From: Candidatus Poribacteria bacterium
GTDB lineage: Bacteria; Poribacteria; WGA-4E; UBA9662
Direction: 5' to 3'
Assembly: GCA_046582655.1 (NCBI GenBank)
Contig: JAYGDX010000013.1
Coordinates: forward strand, 1 to 40,797
Length of the DNA: 40,797 nucleotides
Shown here: piece after piece, positions 8,287-16,935 of the stretch
Layout: each line of letters starts with the position of its first letter
Position numbering within the stretch: the first letter of the stretch is position 1
Position numbers and translations under genes: made by a program
Notes under the pieces: model-generated
Database searches by the model: none
Seen by the model: the letters and a program-made list of their open reading frames with translations, nothing else
What the model was told of the DNA's origin: nothing

Positions 8287-9192
8287 TTATTTTCCTTGAC
8301 CCTTTTCTCTAATTTGCTCAAACTGCGAAAAGAAATTTTTATCAACAGAATGTTGTGCCAGTGAGGAAATCATCCTCTTAGCAATAACCTGAATGCACTT
8401 CACGGAAAGGGAATCAGGATTTGCGAGCATAAATGGTGTTTGCTTACGATTAAGGAGTGAATTTTTAATTTTGGAATCGTAAGGAATATAACCTGCGTAC
8501 GAGATTCTACCTAACGGGAGATTGTATTTTCTGACAACTGTTTTAAGGATCTCAGCAACTTCACGAGCTTGAGCCGCAGTTCGCACCATATTAATCAGAA
8601 GATTAATTTGTGCATCCTGGCGCCAGCGGGAAATCACCTTAATTAAGGCATATGCATCAGTATACGCCATTGGATCAGGTATCGTTACAGCCAAAATCTC
8701 ATCTGCAGCTAAGACAAAACTCAAAACATTATTCCCAATTCCGGCTGGTGTATCGATGATGAGAATGTCAATCAAATTATTGAGTCGATGCAATTCACCA
8801 ATTAATTTTTTATGAATTTGAACCGGTAAATCCGCCATGGTTTTAATACCGGAACTACCAGCAATAACTGAAATACCAAGAGGGCCTTTAACAATTATAT
8901 CTTCAATTTTTTTCTCTCCAGTAACCACGTGTTTAAGCGTGTAGCGTGGATTGACATGCAACATCACATCCACATTTGCAAGACCCAGATCGGCATCTAG
9001 AATTCCAACACGTTTACCAAGTTGCGCCATAGCAATCGCCAGATTTGTCGCCACATTGGTTTTTCCGACACCACCCTTACCACCAGTGACTGCGATAGTA
9101 CGTAGAATTGGGGAGATGCTATCCTTTCGAGCAACTTTGTCGGAGACAGTCTTTGCAACCCTTCTAAGCTCTGCTGCGTGATTATTTTTCAA
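8287..9192 (-). CDS. flhG: MinD/ParA-family flagellar number regulator FlhG/FleN
   Basis: Deviant Walker A GGKGGVGKTN, DADLGLAN, IDTPAGI, AYTDAYALIK; directly after flhF. Confidence 0.93.
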   Translation of the reverse strand: MKNNHAAELRRVAKTVSDKVARKDSISPILRTIAVTGGKGGVGKTNVATNLAIAMAQLGKRVGILDADLGLANVDVMLHVNPRYTLKHVVTGEKKIEDIIVKGPLGISVIAGSSGIKTMADLPVQIHKKLIGELHRLNNLIDILIIDTPAGIGNNVLSFVLAADEILAVTIPDPMAYTDAYALIKVISRWRQDAQINLLINMVRTAAQAREVAEILKTVVRKYNLPLGRISYAGYIPYDSKIKNSLLNRKQTPFMLANPDSLSVKCIQVIAKRMISSLAQHSVDKNFFSQFEQIREKGQGK

Positions 9193-9287
9193 AGTTAATT
9201 TCCCCTTGACACTGCACTTTCAAATACAAGATTGACTACGTTCCAGAGGCCCTAAATCCTATTGTTAATTATGCGCCCGCCGAAACC

Positions 9288-10598
9288 CTACGATCTCTTC
9301 TGGTAGCCTCTGAGCAAGAAGGTTGCTATCCGATTGTGCGTTGCAACTTCAATATCGGTTGCGACATCTTGACCGGTTGTGAAGTAGGAAATTGGTTTCT
9401 TGTAACGAACAGCACAATTCAAAATAGGACCATAGCAAATCGCTTCATCCAATTTAGTAAAAATGAATTTGTCAATTCCGAGTGACCCAAATCTCTTTAT
9501 TATATTATCCATATCGGTGTTGCGTGTAGTCATGTTTAGCATCAGATAAGTTTCATCTGGGCGAGCGGCATTTAAAAACAACTCGATTGATCTAAGACGC
9601 GCAACATCCAGCTGGCTCCGTCCAGGCGTATCAATCAGAATCAAATCTAAATCAGCATATTTCTGAATTTTCTTCTCGAGCTCTTCGGGATCACGGGCAA
9701 CTTCCATCGGTAGCGATAAAATTTCGGAATAAGTTTCCAATTGCTCAATGGCTCCGATTTTAAAATCATCAGTCGTGATGAGGGCAACCTTTTTCTTCTG
9801 GAAACAATATTGAATAGCAAGTTTAGCAATTGTTGTCGTTTTCCCAACACCTGTCGCGCCAACAAGAGCGACTACTGTCGGAGTATCGCCGAATTTGATG
9901 CCATTGCTTGTCTTTACAATGTTTTGAATTAGCGTTGTTAAGTGTTCATGAATCGATTTCCCTTCCTCATCGTTGAAACAGGTAAACATCGCTTCGGCCA
10001 GATCATGAGCTAACTCTATCTCAACGTCGGACTTGAGGAATCTTCGGTAAAGTCCAGTTACTTCGTCCGGCAGATCCGTATTATCAGATATTTTGGTACT
10101 ACTCAAAAGAATATTAAGGGCATCACGGATCTCATTTAATTCCGAACTGAGGTAGTCCATAGTAAGTGAGTCTTCTAGTAGTTTCTTTTCTCTTTTTTCC
10201 GGTAACAAATCATCTGAAGCAGGTTCGATTTCATTTTGCTGTGTAGAAAAACCAGGTGATTCGCTATACGGAGCTTCCTGACCAAATTCCGGATCAATCG
10301 ATGCATTTTGGCGACCGTATGCGTTAGCCGTCAAAGCCATATTCACACGTTCAATTGCTTGCTGAATGGCAACAGGATCTTGACGAGGAGATCTCGGACG
10401 AATAAGTGGTATTTTAGCTGGAACTTCAGTGTCAACTGCAATTGTTAACTCGTAATTCGATCCCTTATCCGGTTGGAGCTTATTGGGTGAAACACGTCGT
10501 GTTTTAACGATACTGATATTTCTACCAAACTCCTTTTCAGCTTTTTGGCGAGCTTCCTTCGGCGTTTTCCCATAGACTTTTTGGATACGCGTAGCCAT
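9288..10598 (-). CDS. flhF: Flagellar SRP-type GTPase FlhF
   Basis: GATGVGKTTTIAKLA, DTPGRS, FTKLDE, TTGQDV; directly after flhA. Confidence 0.93.
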   Translation of the reverse strand: MATRIQKVYGKTPKEARQKAEKEFGRNISIVKTRRVSPNKLQPDKGSNYELTIAVDTEVPAKIPLIRPRSPRQDPVAIQQAIERVNMALTANAYGRQNASIDPEFGQEAPYSESPGFSTQQNEIEPASDDLLPEKREKKLLEDSLTMDYLSSELNEIRDALNILLSSTKISDNTDLPDEVTGLYRRFLKSDVEIELAHDLAEAMFTCFNDEEGKSIHEHLTTLIQNIVKTSNGIKFGDTPTVVALVGATGVGKTTTIAKLAIQYCFQKKKVALITTDDFKIGAIEQLETYSEILSLPMEVARDPEELEKKIQKYADLDLILIDTPGRSQLDVARLRSIELFLNAARPDETYLMLNMTTRNTDMDNIIKRFGSLGIDKFIFTKLDEAICYGPILNCAVRYKKPISYFTTGQDVATDIEVATHNRIATFLLRGYQKRS

Positions 10599-10630
10599 AT
10601 TTTCACACTCTTAGTATAAGGGTAGTCTCA

Positions 10631-12724
10631 CTAGTCTGCTTCAGTCAATTCTACACGACCGATCTCATTCAACTGTATCGTTGGGGGAACTTCTTCAATG
10701 GATAACACCGTTATCGGCGTTGGAAATTGGATATCAATAAATTGCCTCAGATAGGCACGGACAATTGAGCGGGAACATAAGATAAGTGGTTGCACATTGA
10801 GACCAGCAACCTGTGTAACAGCATTGGCAATACCATTGACAAGTTGATAAGCTACATTAGGCTCAATAGCTGAAAATTGGTATTCCCCCTGCTCATCCTG
10901 TTGTATCCCACCCGTGATCACCTCTTCCACTTCTTCACTTAAGGCAACATAATCAAGTGCATTATCTTCTGACAGATAAGGGCGACAGACTGTAGAACCT
11001 ATCCGTTGTCTAACTGCTTCAGTCAGCATCACGGGATCTTTCGTTATAGTTGACTGGTCGGCTAATGCTTCTAGTATAATCATCAAATCCCGAACAGAAA
11101 CTCCCTCTTTAAGCAAGTTCTTTAGTATCTTTTGAATTAATCCTAAGGAAGTGGCTTCAAGTACCTCTTCGACGATGGCCGGACTGTTCTCTTTTAAGCG
11201 ATCAAGTAACTTTTGCACGTCCTGGCGTGTCAAAAACTTATCGGCGTGCCGTCTTGTCGTTTCCACCAAGTGCGTTGCCAACACAGAAGACGGGTCAATA
11301 ACCAGATAACCAGCCATCTGTGCACGTTCTCGTTGATCTTCAGTTATCCACATCGCCGGTTGATTATTGGTTGGCTCAAGCGTCGGAGTCCCACTAATCT
11401 CCTCAGTCACCGGACCAACTTCCATGGCTAAAAATTCGTTTGTGCGGAGTTCACCTTCCGCAACAGATTCCTCACGGATTATAATTCTGTACGCTCCTGG
11501 GGCCAAATCCATCTGATCCCGTATGCGAATGTGCGGCAGGACCAATCCAAGTTCCCGAGCCAAAGATGACCGAATCTCTTTGATTCGATTCAGCAAATCT
11601 CCACCCTCATTCGGATCAACAAGTTGTATCAAACTGTAGCCAACATTTAGCTGTATTGGCTCAACGTCGAGTTCCTGTTCTGCCTGCTCAATTGGCGTCA
11701 ATTCCTCCTGCCGATCAACGGCCTCATCAGCAGGGGGTAACTCTTCCAGGCTTCCCGACAAGCGGGTAGCCAAGTAGGTCATGCCTCCAGCGCCGGCAGA
11801 CAAAACGAGAAACGGGAATGTTGGCATTCCTGGGACTATACCTAAAAGAGCGAGCACTCCAGCGGCTATTCCCAACGCACGCGGTTGCAATAAATATTGC
11901 TCCATTATGGCCTGACCAAAGGCCCTCTTCTCCGAGCTTCGGCTAATCAGAAGCCCCGTGGAAAGAGAAACAACCAACGAGGGAAATTGGCTGACTAATC
12001 CGTCACCGATGGTTAGCAGCGTGTATTTTTGCGCGGCGTCTGCTAGTGGCAGGCTTCTCTGAGCAACTCCGATAATTAGACCACCAACAATGTTGATAGC
12101 TGTAATAATCAGACCTGCAATAGCATCACCACGTACAAACTTACTAGCACCGTCCATTGCACCATAAAAATTTGCTTCATGGGAAACTTCGGCTCGACGC
12201 TGACGTGCTTCGTCGTCGGTAATTAATCCTGCAGTCAAATCTGTATCAATAGCCATCTGTTTCATCGGTAACGCATCTAATGTAAAACGGGCAGCAACTT
12301 CAGCAATGCGTCCTGACCCCTTAGTGATAACGATAAACTGGATGATTAGTATGATGAAAAAGACAACAAAACCAACAACATAATTGCCTTGTACCACAAA
12401 TTGAGCAAATGATTGAATTACCTTACCAGCTGCATCTGTACCTAGATGTCCTCGCGTGAGTATAACTCGCGTTGAAGCAACATTGAGTGAGAGACGAAAC
12501 ATGGTTAAGACAAGCAATAAGGATGGGAAAATCGAGAAATCAACCGGTTGCAGCATATAGAGAACGACGAGCAAGGTAATCAACGATATCGTAATATTCA
12601 CAGCAAACAGTAAGTCGAGTACCGATGCGGGCAATGGAATCACCATCACCAGAATAATCCCAATGACACCAAATACAAGGACGAAATCGCTATTTTTGAT
12701 AATTAAATTTTCAAGGTTATTCAT
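10631..12724 (-). CDS. flhA: Flagellar export gate protein FlhA
   Basis: FPSLLL..T.FRLSLNVASTR, ITKGSGRIAEVAARFTLD, FYGAMDGASKFVRGDAIAG, LLTIGDGLV. Confidence 0.97.
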   Translation of the reverse strand: MNNLENLIIKNSDFVLVFGVIGIILVMVIPLPASVLDLLFAVNITISLITLLVVLYMLQPVDFSIFPSLLLVLTMFRLSLNVASTRVILTRGHLGTDAAGKVIQSFAQFVVQGNYVVGFVVFFIILIIQFIVITKGSGRIAEVAARFTLDALPMKQMAIDTDLTAGLITDDEARQRRAEVSHEANFYGAMDGASKFVRGDAIAGLIITAINIVGGLIIGVAQRSLPLADAAQKYTLLTIGDGLVSQFPSLVVSLSTGLLISRSSEKRAFGQAIMEQYLLQPRALGIAAGVLALLGIVPGMPTFPFLVLSAGAGGMTYLATRLSGSLEELPPADEAVDRQEELTPIEQAEQELDVEPIQLNVGYSLIQLVDPNEGGDLLNRIKEIRSSLARELGLVLPHIRIRDQMDLAPGAYRIIIREESVAEGELRTNEFLAMEVGPVTEEISGTPTLEPTNNQPAMWITEDQRERAQMAGYLVIDPSSVLATHLVETTRRHADKFLTRQDVQKLLDRLKENSPAIVEEVLEATSLGLIQKILKNLLKEGVSVRDLMIILEALADQSTITKDPVMLTEAVRQRIGSTVCRPYLSEDNALDYVALSEEVEEVITGGIQQDEQGEYQFSAIEPNVAYQLVNGIANAVTQVAGLNVQPLILCSRSIVRAYLRQFIDIQFPTPITVLSIEEVPPTIQLNEIGRVELTEAD

Positions 12725-12759
12725 ACGGATCGAGAGTTTATCCTGATTCTGTCAGCCAA

Positions 12760-13845
12760 TTATGCGCTCATACTTCCTACATTACTGAAACTTTTCTTCA
12801 TACTGTAAACACGTGCAAGAATTTGGGCAACTGGTTTGTACAACTCCACCGGAATAACGTCGCCGAGTTCAAGCTCAAAAAGCGCCCATGCGACTGGTTT
12901 ATCTTCAATAATCGGGATTTCATTTTCTTCTGCGATTTCACGTATCCTCTTAGCGATCAGATCCGCGCCTTTTGCTACCACAGCAGGACTAGGCGACACT
13001 TCTCGATCATACTTAATAGCAACCGCAATATGCCTTGGATTGGTGACAACAACATCGGCTTCCGGAATTTCATCCATCATCCTCCGCTGTGTCATTGTCA
13101 GTTGCCGTTCTTGAATAATTCGCTTTATTTCAGGAGAACCCTCAGTTTGCTTGGTCTCATCCTTAACTTCCTGTAATGTCATCTTCAGCTTTTCACTGTA
13201 ACTCCAACGTTGATAGAAAAGATCTAAAATCCCAAGTAGCAGGAGAAAAAGCGCCACTCGAAAAGCAACATTAAAAGTTAGACCTGCTATATAGTTGAGC
13301 ATGCCACTTACGCCTTTTGATCCTATGGCCTGAAAATAGACTAAATCACCCTGAACGGTGACATAAACAATACCTGTTACAGCGATCAGCTTAAGGATTG
13401 CCTTAATTGTTTCAACAAGAGCATTTCGTGAAAAAAGTCGCTTAATGCCAGTAAAAGGATTCAGTTTTTCCGGACGAAACGCAAGGACTTCAAAGGAAAA
13501 CAGAGGACCAACTTGAAGATAGTTTGTTAAAATACCGGCAGCAGCGGTGGCAATTAGGAAGGGTGAAATAATAAGCGCAAATCGTGTAAATAGATCTCCC
13601 AAAAAGAATTGTATAATTGAGGGTTCAGCTTGAAAATTATTTAGCTGCTTTATGGTAACAATATTTAGGTTCTTCAATGACGTTAGCGTAAAAGATCCAA
13701 ACACCCACATTGCTAACAATCCTGAGAGCAAAGCAATCGCAGAATTAAATTCCCGACTCTTAGGGACATCACCTTCCCGACGAGCCTTCTCAATGCGCTG
13801 CTGACTCGCCTCTTCAGTTCTTTCTCCACCTGGGCCTTCGTTCAA
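12760..13845 (-). CDS. flhB: Flagellar export substrate-switch protein FlhB
   Basis: ERTEEAS..R..KAR.EGDVPKSRE, KMTLQEVKDETKQTEG.PEIK, VVVTNPRHIAVA, VVAKG; TTG start. Confidence 0.96.
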   Translation of the reverse strand: MNEGPGGERTEEASQQRIEKARREGDVPKSREFNSAIALLSGLLAMWVFGSFTLTSLKNLNIVTIKQLNNFQAEPSIIQFFLGDLFTRFALIISPFLIATAAAGILTNYLQVGPLFSFEVLAFRPEKLNPFTGIKRLFSRNALVETIKAILKLIAVTGIVYVTVQGDLVYFQAIGSKGVSGMLNYIAGLTFNVAFRVALFLLLLGILDLFYQRWSYSEKLKMTLQEVKDETKQTEGSPEIKRIIQERQLTMTQRRMMDEIPEADVVVTNPRHIAVAIKYDREVSPSPAVVAKGADLIAKRIREIAEENEIPIIEDKPVAWALFELELGDVIPVELYKPVAQILARVYSMKKSFSNVGSMSA

Positions 13846-14061
13846 TTACCATTCACCCCATAGAAAGATTATTGAAGCGCATTTCCCCCATGCGACTGCT
13901 GTAAATACTTTCAGCCATTCGCTTGAACCAACATCATCTCTTAATGAAATCTAACGCTTTTATCAGGATAACGTTTCAAGGTTGATATAAAACTGGAACC
14001 AAGGTTTCAAGAGTCCTATCACCAAAATATTGAACTGTTTCAACTCTGTACTCTCAGCGCT

Positions 14062-14090
14062 AGTATAACACTGTTTTGAGCGCTCATCAA
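14062..14090 (-). promoter_or_regulatory. Sigma70-type internal promoter upstream of flhB
   Basis: Minus strand TTGATG, 17-nt spacer, TATACT with extended TGn. Overlapped by inverted repeat GTTTTGAG/CTCAAAAC. Confidence 0.6.
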
Positions 14091-14119
14091 CTCAAAACCG
14101 GCAGTTGGAATGTCAGTGA

Positions 14120-14896
14120 TTACATAGCCATAATAAGCGTGTGCAGATCTTTACTAAGTTCACCAAATAAAAACTCAAAGGTCACAACTGTTACCCTAAT
14201 AGAAACAATAATCATAACCGTTCCAACCAAAACTTGAACTAGAGGAAGTATGATAAAGACATTAAGCTGAGGAATTACACGGCTAACCAGAGCGAGTGCG
14301 ACAGTAGTCATAAATAACGCAACAAAGACAGGCGCTGCCACGTAAAAGCCTACCACAAAGAGTTCACTAAACAAGCTAATGATCTGCCCAGCTAAATCTT
14401 CGGAGTAGCTGAAACCGCCAATTGGAATGAACTTGAAAGTATCAACCGCTGCGATTAGAAACATGTAATGCCCCTTAATATGGATAAAAATTATAAGGGC
14501 TAAAAAATTATAAATCTGGGAAATAATAGTAATTTGTTCCTGATGATTCGGATCCAGAATGGTTGCCATCGAGAATCCCATTTGAATTGTCACTAACTCA
14601 GCACCAAATTGAATACCAGTAAAGACCAGTTGGGCAGCAAAACCGATAACGAAACCAATTAGTACTTCGCGGACAGCCACCAAAACTAAGGAAATTGCCC
14701 CTAACGGCGTGGTGAAGCCCTGTAAATTCAAAATGGGAAAAACAGCAAAAGTAATGATAATCGAAAGCGAAATTTTAATAACGTTGGGGAAGGCACTATG
14801 ACTATAAAAAGGGACAAAAACAACAATACCTACAATCCGCAGAAATACGAGCGTAAATCGAATTGATAAGTCAAGTGGAATAAAAAAATTCGGCAT
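14120..14896 (-). CDS. fliR: Flagellar export gate protein FliR
   Basis: LVFLRI, REVLIG, QMGFSMATILDP, RVIPQLNVF; follows fliQ. Confidence 0.95.
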   Translation of the reverse strand: MPNFFIPLDLSIRFTLVFLRIVGIVVFVPFYSHSAFPNVIKISLSIIITFAVFPILNLQGFTTPLGAISLVLVAVREVLIGFVIGFAAQLVFTGIQFGAELVTIQMGFSMATILDPNHQEQITIISQIYNFLALIIFIHIKGHYMFLIAAVDTFKFIPIGGFSYSEDLAGQIISLFSELFVVGFYVAAPVFVALFMTTVALALVSRVIPQLNVFIILPLVQVLVGTVMIIVSIRVTVVTFEFLFGELSKDLHTLIMAM

Positions 14897-15165
14897 TACT
14901 GCAAAAAATAGTGAAAGTTAATAATCAGTTCCCTGGTAAAACCATGCATTATTTTCAACATCCATGGAAATAAAAGGGTCAATACTAGGCCAACAGCTAT
15001 CAACTTAGGGATGAAGGTGAGTGTCATCTCTTGAATCTGTGTTGCAGCTTGAAAAACACTAACAATTAAGCCGATAACTAACCCGGAAATTAGGATAGGG
15101 CCTGCCAGCATAAGCATTAATTGAAAGGCTTGACGCATAACATAAATTGCGGCTTCTGGTGACAT
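14896..15165 (-). CDS. fliQ: Flagellar export gate protein FliQ
   Basis: GLIVSVFQAATQIQEMTLTFIPK. Confidence 0.97.
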   Translation of the reverse strand: MSPEAAIYVMRQAFQLMLMLAGPILISGLVIGLIVSVFQAATQIQEMTLTFIPKLIAVGLVLTLLFPWMLKIMHGFTRELIINFHYFLQ

Positions 15166-15171
15166 TTTTAC

Positions 15172-15939
15172 CTACCTCTGAATTCCTGAAACTAGTGAAT
15201 ATATCAGCAAATTCCATCCATCAACAAGAACAAAAAGCAGTATTTTGAAGGGCAATGAAATTGAGATTGGGGGAACCATCAGCATCCCCATTGCCATCAA
15301 AATACTGGCAACCACCATATCGATTACCAAGAACGGAATAAACAAAAGAAATCCGATGGTAAATGCGGTTGTGAGTTCACTAATGATAAAGGAGGGAATC
15401 AGCACGTGCGTGGGCAACTCAGCCCTTGATTTCACCGCGCCTAAACCTGAAAGTCGTTGCATCAATTGGATGTCATCATTGCGTGTCTGTTCAATCATAA
15501 AGGTACGAATTGGAAAGAGAGCCTTCTCGAAAGCCTCTCTTTGACCAATTTCGCTAGCTAGATAAGGTTGTAGCGCGTCATCATTTATACTTTTAATAAT
15601 TGGCGCCATTACAAAGAAGGTCAGAAACAGGGCCAGACCAGCCAGAACTTGATTCGGAGGAATCTGTGGAATCGCCAAACCTTGACGTAGAAAAGCAAAA
15701 ACGACAATGAAGCGCGTAAAAGAAGTCATCATAATTAAGAAGGAAGGTGCTATCGACAGAACCGTTAAAATTATAAAGACTTGAAGCGTTGACGTAAATT
15801 CACTCGGGTCGTCAGTCTGACGAAGACTGATATTAAGGTCTGGTAAAGGAAAGCCTGGTTGCGTGGAAGTAGATTGGGATTGGCAAAGTGAGGCAAAAAC
15901 GAGAGGAAGCAGAAAAAAAAGCAGGAATCGTTTTTTCAC
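15172..15939 (-). CDS. fliP: Flagellar export gate protein FliP
   Basis: MTSFTRFIVV..FLRQGL, PPNQVL, PSFIISEL, LPFKILLFVLVDGW; N-terminal signal peptide. Confidence 0.97.
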   Translation of the reverse strand: MKKRFLLFFLLPLVFASLCQSQSTSTQPGFPLPDLNISLRQTDDPSEFTSTLQVFIILTVLSIAPSFLIMMTSFTRFIVVFAFLRQGLAIPQIPPNQVLAGLALFLTFFVMAPIIKSINDDALQPYLASEIGQREAFEKALFPIRTFMIEQTRNDDIQLMQRLSGLGAVKSRAELPTHVLIPSFIISELTTAFTIGFLLFIPFLVIDMVVASILMAMGMLMVPPISISLPFKILLFVLVDGWNLLIYSLVSGIQR

Positions 15940-16433
15940 TTACCAATTTTCCTAACGAAGTCGCGAAGAAAGGACTGGAAACTATTCTTCACTTGACGTT
16001 CAAGGATCAATTCATTTTCAAGCCATTGATCAACCAAGCCCACTTCGTCTTCATCAAGAGTCGCAATGTACGAAATATGCGTGCTGGTTACTCCAACCAC
16101 GTGCATTTGATCCAAAACTCGAATCAAACAGACAGATTTAGCCGGAGAGATCGGCTCTTCAAAGATAACGTTGATTGGCCTTACCGATTGAGCCGGTTGG
16201 GGCTGCTGCATCAATTTTCTTAACACCCAGACCGTGGCGAAAATCAGTCCGGTGACAATCAACAACCAAAACAGCATCTTCAGGGCAAAAAACCAAAGAT
16301 TAGGTAATTCGAATGCGGGGCCCGGCAAGTCGCTTGCTGTGTCTTGAGCCCGAATTGAAGTCGAAATTAGCAATAGGGTGACGAACCCTGTTTGCCAATG
16401 TCCCTTTAACCAATCGGCAAATCCCATGATCAT
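15936..16433 (-). CDS. fliO: Flagellar biosynthesis protein FliO
   Basis: TM followed by ISPAKSVCLIRV...VVGVT...ISYIATL; located between fliN and fliP. Confidence 0.82.
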   Translation of the reverse strand: MIMGFADWLKGHWQTGFVTLLLISTSIRAQDTASDLPGPAFELPNLWFFALKMLFWLLIVTGLIFATVWVLRKLMQQPQPAQSVRPINVIFEEPISPAKSVCLIRVLDQMHVVGVTSTHISYIATLDEDEVGLVDQWLENELILERQVKNSFQSFLRDFVRKIGK

Positions 16434-16438
16434 ACGAG

Positions 16439-16882
16439 CTAATTTTTCTTGGCAAGTTCAGTAGGAGTTATAATCTCCGTTACGCGCACTCCCAAGACCT
16501 CTTCAAATACCACAACCTCTCCCCTTGCAAGAGGACGGTTGTTTACGAGAATGTCAATCGGTTCTCCCGCATGTTTGTCTAGTTCGATGACTACACCAGG
16601 CGTCAAATCAAGAATATCTCGAAGCGTTTTTCGGGTTCGCCCAAGTTCGATAGTAACTTCAAGCTCAACATCAGCAAGGAGTTCTTCAAGACCATGTGCA
16701 GCAGCCAGTTGATCTTGTTGTCCTTCACCGAATGAAAAATCCTCTTCTATCAAGCCGATGTCGTTGGATTCTTCTGCTGGTAAAGGTTCCTCCTCTATGT
16801 CTATAGCGGATTCAGCATCATCCCCCTCTGCTGTCCCCTCATCTTCGACCAGAACCTCGTCGAGATCATTTTTTTCTTCCAT
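16439..16882 (-). CDS. fliN: Flagellar C-ring protein FliN
   Basis: SpoA domain DVELEVTIELGRT...GVVIELDK.AGEPIDILVN...ARGEVVV...GVRVTEI. Start placed at ATG 16882 (MEEKND) after a GGGG RBS. Confidence 0.94.
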   Translation of the reverse strand: MEEKNDLDEVLVEDEGTAEGDDAESAIDIEEEPLPAEESNDIGLIEEDFSFGEGQQDQLAAAHGLEELLADVELEVTIELGRTRKTLRDILDLTPGVVIELDKHAGEPIDILVNNRPLARGEVVVFEEVLGVRVTEIITPTELAKKN

Positions 16883-16935
16883 TTGCCCCTTTTCTAAATG
16901 CCCAAGCCCGTTACGCTGAACGCGCACATTCGGCA

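Noticed and set aside
13973..14043. CRISPR array suggested by repeated GTTTCAA/TTGAAAC
   Set aside because: Only 7 bp are shared, the 31-33 bp period is far too short for repeat plus spacer, and no cas genes are present.
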